Origin: Phoronis australis
Taxonomy: Eukaryota; Animalia; Phoronida
Reading direction: 5' to 3'
NCBI GenBank assembly: GCA_002633005.1
Contig: NMRA01000307.1
Location: forward strand, 267,187-331,186
Length of the DNA stretch: 64,000 nt
This document shows positions 14,246 through 28,264 of this stretch, piece by piece. The position numbers and the translations under genes are program-made. The notes below the pieces were generated by a model. That model searched no databases. It was not told where the DNA came from and was given only the letters and a program-made list of their open reading frames with translations. Every line of letters begins with the position of its first letter. Position 1 is the stretch's first letter.

Positions 14246-14468
14246 ACTTTAACCTTGCTACAGGCCAGTACCACTTTAACCTTCCTTCATGCCAGTACTC
14301 ACTTTAACCTTCCCACAGGCTAGTACTCACTTTAACCGTCCCACAGGCCAGTACTCACTTTAACCTTCCCACAGGCCAGTACTCACTTTAACCTTCCTAA
14401 AGGCCAGTACTCACTTTAACCTTCCTAAAGGCCAGTACTCACTTTAACCTTCCTACAGACCAGTACTA
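14246..14468. repeat. Minisatellite, 28-bp unit x ~8
   Basis: Unit CACTTTAACCTTCCCACAGGCCAGTACT. Confidence 0.95.
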
Positions 14469-15671
14469 TGCTGTATATTAGAAATTTCAATGATTCTGAC
14501 CGTACATATGAACCCAATAGCAATACCAGAATAAGATTTGTGTATGGCTGAGAAGATGAGATCACAAAATCGATTGTACCATTTTGGAATCAATTTTGAT
14601 TTGATGTTTTTTAAACGACAAAAGTTGGTGACAAGTCATTGAATTGTAGCACCACAACTGTTCGATGATTGTAAGACTATAGGTGACAACAAATGAAGTG
14701 TGCTGTACCCTTTCCATTTAAAAAGAGACTTTCCAATTTTGTCCTAAACTGTAATGCAATATTACAATAGAAATTATCAACATTTTGTCTCTAAACTTGA
14801 TTTGTAATCCATCATTATACTCTCCTTAATGAATTTCATTCCCTACTTTTGAAAAATTTCATTTAGTCTTCCCTTAATTAGCCATTGAAATTTGTGTGCG
14901 TAAGCATATCATGCAAGTCATGTATTAGGCATGACTGCTTGACATTACCTACGAATACATAATCTTACACACTGACGCTTAATTCAACGCATTTTTGTCT
15001 TTTAATTCTTCACCGATTTCTAAAGCAAACTATATCGCTGGCAAGTGAAATATCATTTTGTGAAAATTTTCAGCAAAACCAAATGTCCCGAGAATTTTTG
15101 CATGTTGTCAGTTTGGTTTTTAGCATGCAGATGTCATAAAACAACTATTTGTAAAGTTTACATTATTTTTAAGAAAGAAAAGTCTTCAAAAAGTAGAAAA
15201 GTGACAAATATTGTGCTTACTTTTGTGAGAAATTAGTCAATAACTAGCACACATACATGCTGACATTAAATCATCGATGCAGTTTTTACTTTCCACACCT
15301 AGTCAATCTAATTAAAGACAATTATCAGCAATCACGATAACAGAGTACAAATATCGACATTTTCATTGACTATTTATAAAAACAATAACAAGCATAATAA
15401 TAGAGTAGTGAGTGGAATAATCCACTATAGTCACATCTCCAATTCAACTCTCTTCTCCCACAGAAGGATAAAAATACATTGTAGGCCACTAACTGTCTCT
15501 GTGATGAGACAGAATAACAGTCATACGTACACCAGCTTGCCAATTTTTATGTCACCTTTGGAACACACAATTCAGTAGTAAAAGTTTAATAGCATCAACC
15601 ACTTTCTGTCACAGAGGCAGAAAAAACGTATGGTATGAATGACCTGTGAAAAAACCTTCAGTTTGGAACAA

Positions 15672-16105
15672 TGAAAAAATGAAAGCGCTCCGAGGAGCGA
15701 ACCTTGGCGAAATTAACCAAAAAGATGACGATAAAGATGATGACGAAGATGACGAATATGACGAAGATGGTGGTGAGGATGAACAAAAGAAGTTAATAAC
15801 ATACACATGACGAACGTAGGAGTCCGAAATCAGTAAGAAAAAGGCTAGTCTTGAGCGACACTTGGCGAAATTAAGGAAAAGACGGAGATGATGACGAAGA
15901 TGATGACGATGATGACGAATATGATGATGTTGGTGGCGATGATGAACAACATCACAACATTCATATGACGAATTTAGATGTCATAAATCATTAAGAAATA
16001 GGCTGCAGTCTAGTTCAATTGAAGCTAAACCAACCTGAATGCAGCAAGAGCGTTCAACAAAGGAACAGCGTTATCAGTAAATCTCAAATAACTCAAAAAG
16101 TAGAC
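15672..16105 (-). mobile_element. Second, truncated copy of the HINE-like element at 5752
   Basis: High similarity to 5752-6190; ends exactly at the N at 16106 (contig join). Confidence 0.75.
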
Positions 16106-16149
16106 NTATGATAAAGCACTTAACTGACACTAGTTCGCCTGAAATGTAC

Positions 16150-16365
16150 AAAGCACTAAGCTACAATATGATAAAAAGATGGCGGAAAAGGACAAAAAGA
16201 TAACATCATTTGAAAATTAATAAGCTAAAGCAGGAAAGTGTCTCTCAAATACACAGGTTGGAATCTGATCTGGATGATCTTGAGCAGTATAGCTGCCGAA
16301 ACTGCGTTATCAGGAGTAACAGAAACTGGCAAAGAGTGCACCGACGACATCGTTATTGATAATGA
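16150..16365 (+). mobile_element. CR1/L2-group LINE ORF1 fragment
   Basis: Translates DLDDLEQYSCRNC..SGVTETGKECTDDIVID, the DDLEQYSRRNCLRISGVPE-type ORF1 motif; frameshifted. Confidence 0.6.
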
Positions 16366-16697
16366 TAGAAAATGTGCATTAAAAGTTGCATACAGCTATA
16401 TAGGAGATATAACATTCACAAGGATAATTCACCACATCAACAAGAAAAAAGTTTATTGACAAGTGGCGGTTGGCCAAATTAGTTTGTTTGGTTACGATGA
16501 CAGGTGTTCTCTTGATGGTAAAAACCAATTCATATCATGAAAAGAAATTAAGCCCTTGAAACTCTTTTGTTTGACAAAGAAATTTGATGATTTTTACATT
16601 TACACCCTCGTAGGTAACAAATGACCCATTACGTTAAAGGGACATTCTTGATGACAAAACTAATTTTACATAATATAGCAGTAGTACAAAATTAAAA

Positions 16698-17213
16698 GCC
16701 GCTTTTACACCAGAGACAGTTGTCACTGTGTCAGTTGTAACGGCGCGACTTGCTCCACTTTAGTCGCATTTACACCACAATAGATCCCAAACTGGATCTG
16801 CACGAGTCACTTACACAAACTGTCTGCCCATGCTCAGATAAGCAATAGCAAATGTCCACACCGTGGAATGCGAGCTGATCAGCGAATATATACTATTGCG
16901 CAAGCCCATTGAAAGATGACCCTTTCTGTCCTACCTCATCTTATTGTTTGTAAATATTAATGTATTTAGAAATAAAATGTATTTAAAAAAAGTCCTACCT
17001 CAGCTATGTTTAAACGTGTAGTTGAAACTGGAGCAACTGATCCAGTGCAACTCGTTCTACATTTCAAACCTTCAAACCAGTGTCAAAAATGGCCACCGCG
17101 GTGTCACTTGCTCTGTGTCAGTGTGTCAGTCATGATTACACACAAACTTTTACTCGATCAGTTGTTCCATGTTAGCTGCACCATGTCAGAGCTCTCTCTC
17201 GTGTAAATGCAGC
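16698..17213. mobile_element. Harbinger-like MITE
   Basis: Imperfect TIR: AGCCGCTTTTACACCAGAGA versus the reverse complement of TCTCTCGTGTAAATGCAGCT. Confidence 0.5.
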
Positions 17214-18611
17214 TCTGATCATTACTTCCACTAAAACAGCCAAATGCTCTGACACAATGTCAAACCCCATGTGTTAAATAGCAGGGTGTATTTTGATAGT
17301 AAAGAAACCATCCTCTATTTCAGCAAATGTCTAACAGACAACAGCAAGAATCAACAATTTGTAATAAAATCACAAAAAGACACCGGATTTTGTTGTTTTA
17401 TAGCTCTGGTCAAAGCTAATGAATTCAAGAAGTCTATTACACTCAACAACAATCAAAAAATGTGTTTTCAGCTACAAAAACGGCAATGTGTGTTTAACTA
17501 AAAAGCCTTTTCCACTGACTTCGGCATTGCCAAAGCTGCAGTCAATGTGAACACTCATGAATCAAAGTTTCAACAGCGCGAGTTAACTACGAAATAAAGA
17601 GGAAGATTTAACAGCGGGAATATTTAACTTTGAGGCTATCAGAGTTATCGGCAGGGGTCACTACCTGCTTTTGCCAACAGCACGAGGTGACTGATTACAA
17701 TTATTGTTAATATTTTGATCTAAATATTTTGGAAGTATAAGCATTCTCTTTCATATGTATTAGCTGGATTCTTTACATTAAAAAAACCACTGAACATGAA
17801 GTGCACATTACCACGCTATACTGCATTTGTGTGGATCAGCTGTTAGCCTGCTCCAGATTCAAATTTTTTCATTATGTTATAGTCAGTCCCAACGTGACAA
17901 CCATTGACCGCCTTGTGAAGTAAACATTCTAGTTCCATCTGGGGAGAGAGAGAGGTCCTTGCCGTTTTTGATGGCAAGCACTGACAAAAACAGCAAGGCA
18001 TATGAACAGATGTCCTGGCAGCAGTAGTAGTGAAGTTAACCATATGGAGAAAGGATCTCTTCAACTATGAAACACAGCCAGGCCAAAGGTTTATATTTTC
18101 TATTTATGGAAGTCAAATTAAAACTAAACTATGGTAGCACCAATGAAATTCACACCAAAATGATGAAGCATACTGAAAAGTGCCAAAGTACAAAGGTGAA
18201 ACGGTCACAAACCCAGACATATCAGTTCTCATGACTCATACCAAACATTCAGACACACTGATACTTCCATAAAAAGAGTCAACCTTCCTTTGAACATTTT
18301 AACAATTAGCTTTCTGTGCATATAACCACATGCTGAAATTTCTGATATTAATTAGGACAGGTCCATTGCATGAAATTGACTTAAGATTCAGTCAGAAATT
18401 TGTTCTTGTACTCTACACAACCATTTCTGAAACACAAGTATAAGAGCTAATGTAGAGCTAAAGTGCAAAGTCTCTGAGAATATATATAAAAATAATGGCT
18501 AGTGTTTGCTAATTTCTACAACTTATATCTAGACTGAGATGTGCTCATAATTACTTGACTTAACCTTTATTAGAATTCAGCAATTGTGAAGTGTGAGCAT
18601 TTCTGTCTTAT

Positions 18612-19012
18612 GGGCCTTAACGTTGACACGTCGATGTTTTGGGGAGTTGCGGTCAGTATGAACGGTCAACTTCAGTCCCATCGAAGTTATCGCGAGGTGC
18701 CACTGTTATCGTCCACAATTAAAGGGTAGTGTAGTCACTAATAGTTATTATATTTTGCTTGAATAATCACCAACCGAAATGAAAATAAGTTTTATGTCAA
18801 TTAGCACATGTAAATGTTCTCAAATTGTCACATTTAAAAAACTTTAGCGTGCAGCGCTACCTTGCAATACTTCAATGGCAACAGCGTCACCCAATTGTTT
18901 TCTTCGATGTCCATTAACTACCGAAGCCATGCAGTATGAATGGTTTAGTTAACTTTGCAGTTTATGTCGACGTTCTGCTCAGACCGGAGTTAAGTCAGTA
19001 TGAAAAGGCCTT
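18612..19012. mobile_element. PIF/Harbinger-like MITE family, copy related to 7617
   Basis: Long stretches shared with 7617-8108 (GGGGAGTTGCGGTCAGTATGAA; CTTAGCGTGCAGCGCTACCTTGC); ends TGAAAAGGCC. Confidence 0.65.
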
Positions 19013-19017
19013 TACAA

Positions 19018-19215
19018 TACATCACTAGTCATGCTTGCACTACATCACTAGTCATGCTTGCACTACATCAGTAGTCATGCTTGCACTACATCACTAGTCA
19101 TGCTTGCACTACATCACTAGTCATGCTTGCACTACATCACTAGTCATGCTTGCACTACATCACAAGTCATACTTACGCTACACCACTAGTCATACTTACA
19201 CTACATCACAAGTCA
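19018..19215. repeat. Minisatellite, 23-bp unit x ~8
   Basis: Unit TACATCACTAGTCATGCTTGCAC, degenerating rightwards. Confidence 0.95.
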
Positions 19216-20659
19216 CACATTTATGAAACAGCCACAGAGTCAGTGCAAACTTAGTGAATGGTATTCTGTCTCCTTTTGAACAATGCGCTCAAAAGGCATT
19301 CATCAGAGAAATAAGTAGTATTTACAACTGGAGATACAAGGGAATCCTATGGGTAATTACCTTTTGTTTACTACCCAGTCTAGTGAGTGGATTGTCAGTT
19401 GAAGACATTTGTAGCAAGGGAACATGAAGACATAATGGTGAAGTGAAGCAGTGTTGTTTGATCCAAATCTTGCCCAATATCATGTAATTTAGAATATTCA
19501 ATTCCTTTCAAACAGACCTCTAAAGTATTTTTTTAGAATTTACACACTGTTACCATGGCAACTTTCCAACTGGACATGATTTATGACGCTAATTCTTGGA
19601 CATTGTTCTCAGGCATAAAAGCACTATATCTCATTCTCAGACAAAACATAAATTGTAAACAATAGAATATGAATCAAACAATGCACCAATACAACCATAA
19701 CATCGCAGGAATTGTTTCTTAAACCTCCCTTTCCCACTAGCAATGATGCTTCTGTGCTTGGGAGAGCATACATCAGTGGAAACGCTTATATTCGGTCATT
19801 TGGTCATGGATTAAAGTTTACAGCTCAAGTTCATTTCAAAGTAAACAGGTGGATATAACAGTAAAATGTGGGTGCATCACTACAGTGGGAATGCTCAACT
19901 TTGGTGTTCATCGAAGTTATTACCAGGGGTCACTGTGACAATGGTGAAGGTCATATTACCTCACCTTGAGATAACTTTTAAGACGATGCCGTCACCTAGC
20001 GAAAACTCCGATGTCTGTTAACTTCCAAAGCTAATTGGAAAGCTTAAGATACCTTTGCAGTTTACATCAATGTTTCACTAGCACCACATTAAATTTGGTG
20101 GCAAAAGAACACCAAAATGATTTACTGATTCTCCACACACAACCAGACAAATGCAGTAATGACTGAACACAATAAAGTCAACTATGACGACATTTACCAC
20201 CCAACACGATCAATGATCAACAGACAAAAATATCTCAAGGAAATCAATAGTCAGATTTTTAGTCCATGTTAGTAAGGCATCCCTCAAACAAATGAAAATT
20301 CTGCCATACTTATGAGTTATCAAAATCAATTAGAAAGCCAAAACTCGGTCAGACTCTGGCATGCCCTGGATGAACTTAATTCTTACCAGAATTATCTGCT
20401 AGTGTAGTCCAACTTTTGTCACAACAAAAAACACTTCCCAGTGACAATTGATTATTTATGAATGGACTTGTTATGTATGTTAAGTTGTTGGCAAAGTTCG
20501 TGGAACAACACCTGTCAAGATTTTGTGTAGATTCAGTTGGGATTGAATTGGTTTTAGTGGGCAAGGATATCTATATACTTACTTTGTCGGGGAATAGTCG
20601 AATATAATAAGCCCGTATTTTGAGAACCAGTTTGATGCCTGTTATTCAGCAAAGTAACA

Positions 20660-22603
20660 GGTGCAGTAAAGTAACAAGTACAGTAGAGTTTGCATAATAA
20701 CCTAACATAGTAAAACGTACTGTGAAGTTTGCATTATAACCTACCATAGTAACATGCGCAGTAAAGTTTGCATAATAACCTACCATAGTCACAGGCACAG
20801 TAGAGTTTGCATAATAACCTACCATAGTAAGTACAGTAAAGTTTGCATAATAACTTACCGAAGTAAAATGTGCAGTAAAGTTTGCATAATAACCTACCAT
20901 ACTTAAAGGAGAATGCCACCCGATTTAATTAGTCTTTTTTGCCGTCTTAATCGGTCTATATCTACATCGCCTCGCATACGGCCTTACCGTGCCAAGAGGT
21001 GTCGCGTTAGCCTGTGAGGAAGGTAAGAAACGACGCTAGCGACGGCAGTGGTTCATATGCAGAGAATGACGCTATGTTGCGGTACATCGTTCCCGCTTGT
21101 ACGAACTAAGCAGCTGTGAGGATAGCGGGTATATCGTTTTTTTTTACATCCTCAAGAGTCCGAAATGCTTAGGAAGTGGCTCATGGTAGTGAAGAATGAA
21201 AAGTATGCTGTAAATAGCAAGTATGAGGCCGTGAAACATCTGCCTGACGAATGCCGGCTTACCAAATAACTCCATGTTGTCTGAGCTTGTTCACGGCGCC
21301 TCTCTAGTATTTCTTCATCACTGTATTCCTGTTCGATTTGATAGCCTGTAAAACTTAACGATCCACCTGCGAAGTCGGGACTGATGAGCTCCAGCTCGTC
21401 CTAAGTCGGGATTGCGACGGCTGCCATATTGGCATTTATTACTGAGCGTTCTGTTTCAAAATGAATTATTCTCACCCTAACCAATACTTATATAAAACTG
21501 AAACAAAGTCTGTCTCATTAGATGCAATTTGTAATGCCTTTGGAGTGTTCGTGAGTGCAAGTGATTTGAAAAGCCAGCAATGAAGAAATCACGGCGTTGT
21601 GACCGGCTTTAGGTGCAATAAAACTAATTGACGGGATACCGAGGCCGTGTGAGCTCATGCTAATTTAGTGTTTGCTGGCAGAAACTGTTGTGAAACAACT
21701 CGATTTCCATCTCACGGCCAGGTGTTAAAGGAATCTTTATTTACATTTACATTACTCACTATGATTGTCAATGTACAACTTCTGCCCTGCCGGTGCTGTG
21801 GCCAGAGCGGAACCTGAATTCACGGTCCCCAACGAGTAAGTAGATTTGCAGTTTCGTGGCTCATCACCAACATAATCACATTACTTTGGCTCACTAGTAT
21901 AGTATTTTCTTGACTGGAAGTTTAGTTTCCACTGAACTTTGGCTGGTTTATGTTCCTAATCTCTGATAAGTTTCCAAACCACTGGCCGGGATAACGCCGT
22001 CAATCCGGGCGGCCGCGACGGGCCTGATCGGGCTCCGAGCCACTGGCCAGGATAACAAGCGTTTTGTGTTTAGAACTCAAAAAATCACAAGTCTACACAA
22101 CACAGATCTAGGTTCTCCTGTCTGTATCTCACGGAAAATACTTCGAAATTATCTCCGAACACACCCCAAACTCCTGCTACGGACCTTATTGGCCTGCCGA
22201 ACTTTGTAGGCTACGGTGTGTCCAAATACCAATAAATCCGTAAGAGCGAAATAAAACAACACGTTTTTATAAGAACTCGGGTTTTACATCGAAGTTAGAT
22301 GATTTATTGGTGTTAAACGATGACTTCAAGCGATAAGCTGACACCAGTAACCCGTGTTGTGAACTGCTGAACAGACTGCGTGTGAAACCGATGACGTCAT
22401 TGGATAATTTCAACACCTCCGTCTGCCGTCAGGTGTCAAGTAACGCAACCATACATGCCCTTATGGAGTAGAACTACTCGATCTAAATTGATAAAATTAG
22501 GTTGTTTTTTGGGTGGCATGCTCCATTAACAAGTACAGTAAAGTCATTATAAACTACCATACTTAACAAGTACAGTAAAGTTTGCACAATAACTTACCAT
22601 AGT
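20660..22603. repeat. Minisatellite (~39-bp unit) split by a transposon
   Basis: Unit ~AACAAGTACAGTAAAGTTTGCATAATAACCTACCATAGT at 20660-20906, resuming at 22526-22603. Confidence 0.85.
20907..22525. mobile_element. Kolobok-like non-autonomous DNA transposon (TTAA TSD)
   Basis: TTAA at 20903-20906 and 22526-22529; 15-bp TIR AGGAGAATGCCACCC / GGGTGGCATGCTCCA (2 mismatches). Excision restores the satellite unit CCATACTTAACAAG. Confidence 0.85.
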
Positions 22604-22605
22604 CT

Positions 22606-23290
22606 GTGTCCTGGGGATTTCATAAGAAAGTTCAACACTATTTCAATTTAGCGGATAATATTATCCGTTGGTTCACAATACTCAATGAAAGTGTCCAACT
22701 TTCGGTCATTCAGCATGGCTTTACATCTAACTACTTTAACATTTGCCGAGGTTGCAGACAAGGGGATCCCCTTTCACCTTATCTTTTTTGTTGTGTGCCG
22801 AAATTATGGCATCTATGTTGAGGCAATGCGAGAATGTTAAAGGCATAAAAGTAGGCTCTTTAGAGTATAAATTAATGCAATATGCAGACGACACGGTTCT
22901 CTTTCTAGATGGTTCAGAGGCCTCTTTTTCTTCACTTAACCTTCTTGATCAGTTTGCTAAGTATTCTGGTTTGACACCCAATATCGATAAAACTGTTTGT
23001 ATATGGATTGGTTCTAAGATATGTTGTGGTGATAGGCTTTGTTGTGAAAAAGATTTAAAATGGGAAAGTTCCCAGTTCACATCTCTTGGAATTACCTTCT
23101 CTGTCAACTTACAGGACATGATTCACTTAAACTACGATGTAAAATTGAACGAGGTTAGAAAAGGTATTAAAAATTGATCAAAAAGAAATTTAACCACCTT
23201 TGGCAAGATAATGGTTGCCAAAAACGGATTCACCTCTTTTACACACTTCTTCCAAGTACTACTTTTTAAAGGACTGAGCTTCTGATCATT
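22606..23290 (+). mobile_element. Tx1/L1-clade LINE reverse transcriptase fragment (pseudogenised)
   Basis: RGCRQGDPLSPYLF, LMQYADDTVLFL, SGLTPNIDKT and SKRNLTTFGKI motifs, with a frameshift and a stop. Confidence 0.9.
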
Positions 23291-23745
23291 AAAAATTCTT
23301 GAAGCACCGAGGCTCGCAAGCTCCTAGAATGCACAAATTAATGTGGGGAGGAGGATGGTAGGACAAACCTAATTTCAACTAGTTATTATACCATATATAC
23401 TTTATATTATGTTTTGCCCATGACCAATGATGGTACTCAGGAAGCCCTTGTTTGGCCCTAATTAGGTGCTACATCTGCCCAACAACTTCTTTCTTCTTGG
23501 AACAAAACAACAGACTTGAAATTTTCTTTCATGAAGAATATGAAGACTAAATCGGCAATAGAAGGGTTCTCACCAATAAAACTCTAGTGTTGTGTATGCA
23601 ACGTGTCCTGACTCGTGGTCTGTACAACCATAACGCATCACAAAAAAATCTGCCAGACTGCACTCTTTTTCAGTCATAAAAAGAGATCTAAAGCAAGTGA
23701 CTGATCTTGGCAAGGACAAGGAGACAAAAATAAACTTAGACCTAA

Positions 23746-23960
23746 GGCCTTTTCCCATCAAGTTAAATACCAGTGAAACATAGGTGTAAACCGCGAAGTT
23801 AACTTAAACACTGAGATTCGGTAGTTAGCACACATCAAAGTTATAGCTAGGTGGCGCTATCGTCATTGAGCCGTTACCATCCACCCAAGACTGTATTTCA
23901 GTGTGCTCACTGACCAACACTACCCTAAACACCGAAGCATCAACATCAGTGACAAAGGCC
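23746..23960. mobile_element. Short Harbinger-like MITE (same family as 7617)
   Basis: GGCCTTTTCCCAT...AGTGACAAAGGCC termini flanked by TAA/TTA (TWA-like). Confidence 0.55.
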
Positions 23961-25616
23961 TTACAGACTGCACCTCTGGTAGCAATATACTCTAATTACA
24001 TGGTTATGTACTTGTAAATAGCTAACGGTAATTGATTAATGATAGGGGCTTATCCTGTAGTTTAGAATACTGCACTGCAGACAAGTACAACAATTTTTAT
24101 ATTAAAACTATCCCATAATGTACTTATTCTGTATCTACAAATTCAACAGCTTAGTATATGAGTAATTATGATAACACCAATACAGGTATGTATATCTGTG
24201 TTCAATGGCCTCTAGCTACTTGGTAACTGTATGATGGTGACTGTGTGATCACACTGTTCTGTACTAATAACACACAACACCCACTTAGTAATAGTAATAA
24301 CTGTATCACTTAATATGAGTATTGAGGACATGGCATGAAGGGCAGTCAAATGCAGGTGGATTATATGCTAATTCTCTAAAACAGGCATGCAGGTGGTAGG
24401 ATTACAGCAAGTAACAGTATTAATCAAAAAAATAATTGCAACCAGCATAGTACATGTTGTATGAGACCCAGCCCCAGCCCCTCAAGTGGCTAGGCTCGCG
24501 CTAGCCACTCGCAAGCTCACTATTGGCGAATTCTGAGCGGCACTGGTGATGGTAGAGCTAATTAAGTCCATTCGCTAATTTGGCAAATGCTTTCGCAACT
24601 TGTCAAAAAAATAAATTTTGGGAAACCTACTCTATTCGAACCAAGTGGTGCCGCGAACAACATTCAACTTCAATTCCGAGTCCTTAAAATAGCAAGTGAA
24701 TATTCCATTTTATGTCGTCACTACCCTTGAAATCACTCTTTTACTGCAACGAAATGTTCAACTGTGTAGGGGGGTCAGCGATCTTGGTAATGGCGATTTC
24801 TCACTTCAAAGCAAGATCTCGTGTAGGTGATCAGCCTAATGTCATCTGCAAGTCACAATGTCAAAATAACCAATAGAATAACTTTTTACACATGCAAAAT
24901 GGTGTTAGCAGGTCCCACAGTAGGCCCTATTAAATTAAACAAGGGATAATATCGGACTGAGTTGAGCTGTCTCAAACATGCAATTAGAACTCAAGATTTA
25001 AATTCCTTTTCAAATTACGTGAATATTTCCTAATTCATTACTAACTTGGTGGCGGGCCGAAAGCAAATTAAAGTAAATGTCAGTTTGTAATTTAATGAGT
25101 TCGAAATTACCTACTCTGCACGATTTAGCTTTATTTTGCAAGCCACAAGTTATGTTAATGTTTTTGGATGGAAATGTCTTGCTCATCAAAATGACCATGT
25201 GGCTGGCATACCACCCTGCCGCCATAACCTGGGAACAGAGGTGGCCAACCCAATTTTTTTGAAGTCAACGTCATTTAAATGCCAATTAGGCCAGTGTACC
25301 CACATAGTAACCCGGATATAGGGGGAACCTCTGCCCAAACTTTTTAGGTCATAATAAAACCCATGTTGGCTGACATCCCCTCCAAATTATTAGGTTGCTA
25401 TAAGACCTGAAATGTTGATCATACGTTTTTTTTTTCAAAAGGCAAACGTCATATATTATAGTACATTATGAAAAGGACCTGTGCATAACATGTGTAAGTG
25501 TATTTTTATCAATTGCGGGGGTTGCGAAAAGAGAAAGTATTTGTCTCATAATTTTTGAAAATGGCTTAGTTTTCAGATGCTTTAGCCATTTTGGCTAATA
25601 CCTAGCGCAAGCCTAG

Positions 25617-26160
25617 AGTGGGCCCATTGCACAGAACACATGTTGTACCAGACATGCGCAAGCCTCTCAGGTGGGCCCATTGCAAAGATCACGTTGTAGC
25701 ACACATGTGCGGGCCCCTCAGGTGGGCCGATTGCACAGATCACATGTTGTAGCACACATGTGCGGGCCCCTCAGGTGGGCCGATTGCACAGATCACATGT
25801 TGTACCAGACATGTGGGGCCCTTCAGGTGGGCCGATTGCACAGATCACATGTTGTACCAGACATGTGGGGCCCCTCAGGTGGGCCGATTGCACAGATAAC
25901 ATGTTGTACCAGACATGTGGGGTCCCTCAGATGGGCCGATTGCATAGATAACATGTTGTACCAGACATGTGGGGCCCCTCAGATGGGCCGGTTTCACAGA
26001 TAACATGTTGTACCAGACATGTGGGGCCCCTCAGATGGGCCGATTGCACAGATAACATGTTGTACCAGACATGTGGGGCCCCCAGGTGGCCCATTGCACA
26101 GATCACATATTGTACTAGACATGTGCATGCCGCTGTGGTGGGCCCACTGCACAGATCATC
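25617..26160. repeat. Minisatellite, 52-53-bp unit x ~10
   Basis: Unit GTGGGCCGATTGCACAGATCACATGTTGTACCAGACATGTGGGGCCCCTCAG. Confidence 0.95.
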
Positions 26161-26926
26161 TGGAACATCTTTTTATGCTTGACAGGCTATTTTGACATTT
26201 ATCTCCAGAAATTAATAAACTTAAAATCCTGTTTTGAAGTTTGATTCATAATATCATCTGTAAATGCCGTAATGATACAATATTCTCCACATTTCGAACA
26301 GAATCTTTGCCAAAATTGGAAGTCATTGTTTTCATATTCAAAAGGCTTTCCGTTACAACATTGTTGAATGACGCCAAATCCTCAAAACTGATGCGCCATG
26401 TTCCTGTATGAAGATGGCAAGGTGCTTTTTTGTGATTAAATTTGACCATTGAAATAAAAGACGAACATGAAATGATTTTGACATCTATATTTTTTCAATA
26501 GGGTTGCATCCCCTGAATGCCTTTGGATGGCAGCTAAGATACAAAACTTGTAAACGATGTTCAGCATTTCAGGGCTCTTGTTCATCCCAGGGAAAAGGTA
26601 CCTGTGCCTTCCGACAGGAGAATTTTTTGGGGTGAGGGCAAAATTCTACTTCCCGGTCACCATCAATAGTAACCCCCCCTCCCACCCTGTTGCAAGCCTT
26701 CATAGGCTCAGCCTCAAGTACCCAAAACTAACATTGCGCTCTTTCGAATTGTCACCAGTTTGAGTTACAAGTGATTCGAAACTTGAGGGGAATTTTTTGG
26801 GAATTTTGCGAGATTTTTCAAAGGGGAATGGGGCCGATATTTGGCCCCAAAAGTGAGGAATTGAGTGCCCTGTATTTATTAGTTTTTGTGAAAAGCTGAA
26901 GAAATAAATTCTTACTGGTCTAACTT

Positions 26927-27330
26927 ATTTTGTTCTAAACTGCTGAAATTCTGTCGTACTCAACCAAACAAATCATATTTTGTTCTAAACTGGTGAGATT
27001 CTGTCGTACTCAACCAAACAAATCATGTTTTGTTCTAAACTGGTGAGATTCTGTCGTACTCAACCAAACAAATCATATTTTGTTCAAAACTGGTGAGATT
27101 CTGTCGTACTCAACCAAACAAACCATGTTTTGTTCTAAACTGGTGAAATTCTGTTGTACTCAACCAAACAAATCATGTTTTGTTCTAAAATTGTGATATT
27201 CTGTCGTACTCAACCAAACAAATCATGTTTTGTTCTAAACTGGTGAGATTCTGTCGTACTCAACCAAACAAATCATATTTTGTTCTAAACTGGTGAGATT
27301 CTGTCATACTCAACCAAACAAATCATGTTT
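26927..27330. repeat. Minisatellite, 50-bp unit x 8
   Basis: Unit TGTTCTAAACTGGTGAGATTCTGTCGTACTCAACCAAACAAATCATGTTT. Confidence 0.95.
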
Positions 27331-28264
27331 CAAATCCCGTCAAACTATGATAAAAATAATTTCCATCCCTACCAAACCAGATCCTCAGGATATCTTTCAA
27401 CCCATTTTCATGATAGAAACCAAATTCTCCAAGGGCACAGTATATATTCAGACCAGTTTCGTATCTAGGGTTAATCAGCCTATTTCATGATTTTGTATTT
27501 TGAAGCCCCATGTAGGGTTATCATCTTGAAGCCCATTGTTTTTGAGGGCCCTCTTGGAAAGCAGTGCTATCACTGAAGAGGCCATCCTCATTTTAAATAT
27601 CACAATAATAAATAAATAAATAAATTTGTTCATGTTTTGGGGTGGAAGCTGTGGAACACTTTTGTTTGTATTTAAATATGACAAAATAATTACACACAAT
27701 AAAACCATAGACCGAATTGACTTCATTGACTGATTCACACCCACTAGTTTCATTTATTCCATATTGAAGTGTGCAATTTCAGCTTGTCCCTAGAAGTAGT
27801 ATTGTGTAGGTCTTTGATAAGAAAAAGTTCTCCTTAAAGCAGCAACTGGGTCATTAGTTTAATTAAACTAAACAAGCTGAACACCACCTGAAACATTTGG
27901 AAATTCCCACATTCATAGAACACAGAGAACAGATGATGTAAGTGACTAGAACCATTTGTGATAGAGACTACGGTATACAATGGAAGTGAAGGAGAATATT
28001 GAATAGGGACAAAGAATGTGCAAAAGGACAAAGAAAATACGTGTCGCTCTTATTCAGGACTATACATGAGGTTGCAATAATACAACAGACTACTGACGGG
28101 TTTCATGTTTCATAAATGTATTGCTAGTTGTGGCATAAAAGTCATAAAACAATAGGGACCTTGCACACTCGACGTCAATTAATTATGGTTCATTGACTTG
28201 TCTTAATCAAAACACTAACTGAGACAGACTAAGAAAAGATGAGGTTAAATACCTAGAGCCTTAC

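Noticed and set aside
25617-27330. Regular 50-53-bp repeats as CRISPR-like arrays
   Set aside because: Units are contiguous with no unique spacers, there are no cas genes, and the context is a eukaryotic intron. They are ordinary minisatellites, as are those at 8177, 14246 and 19018.
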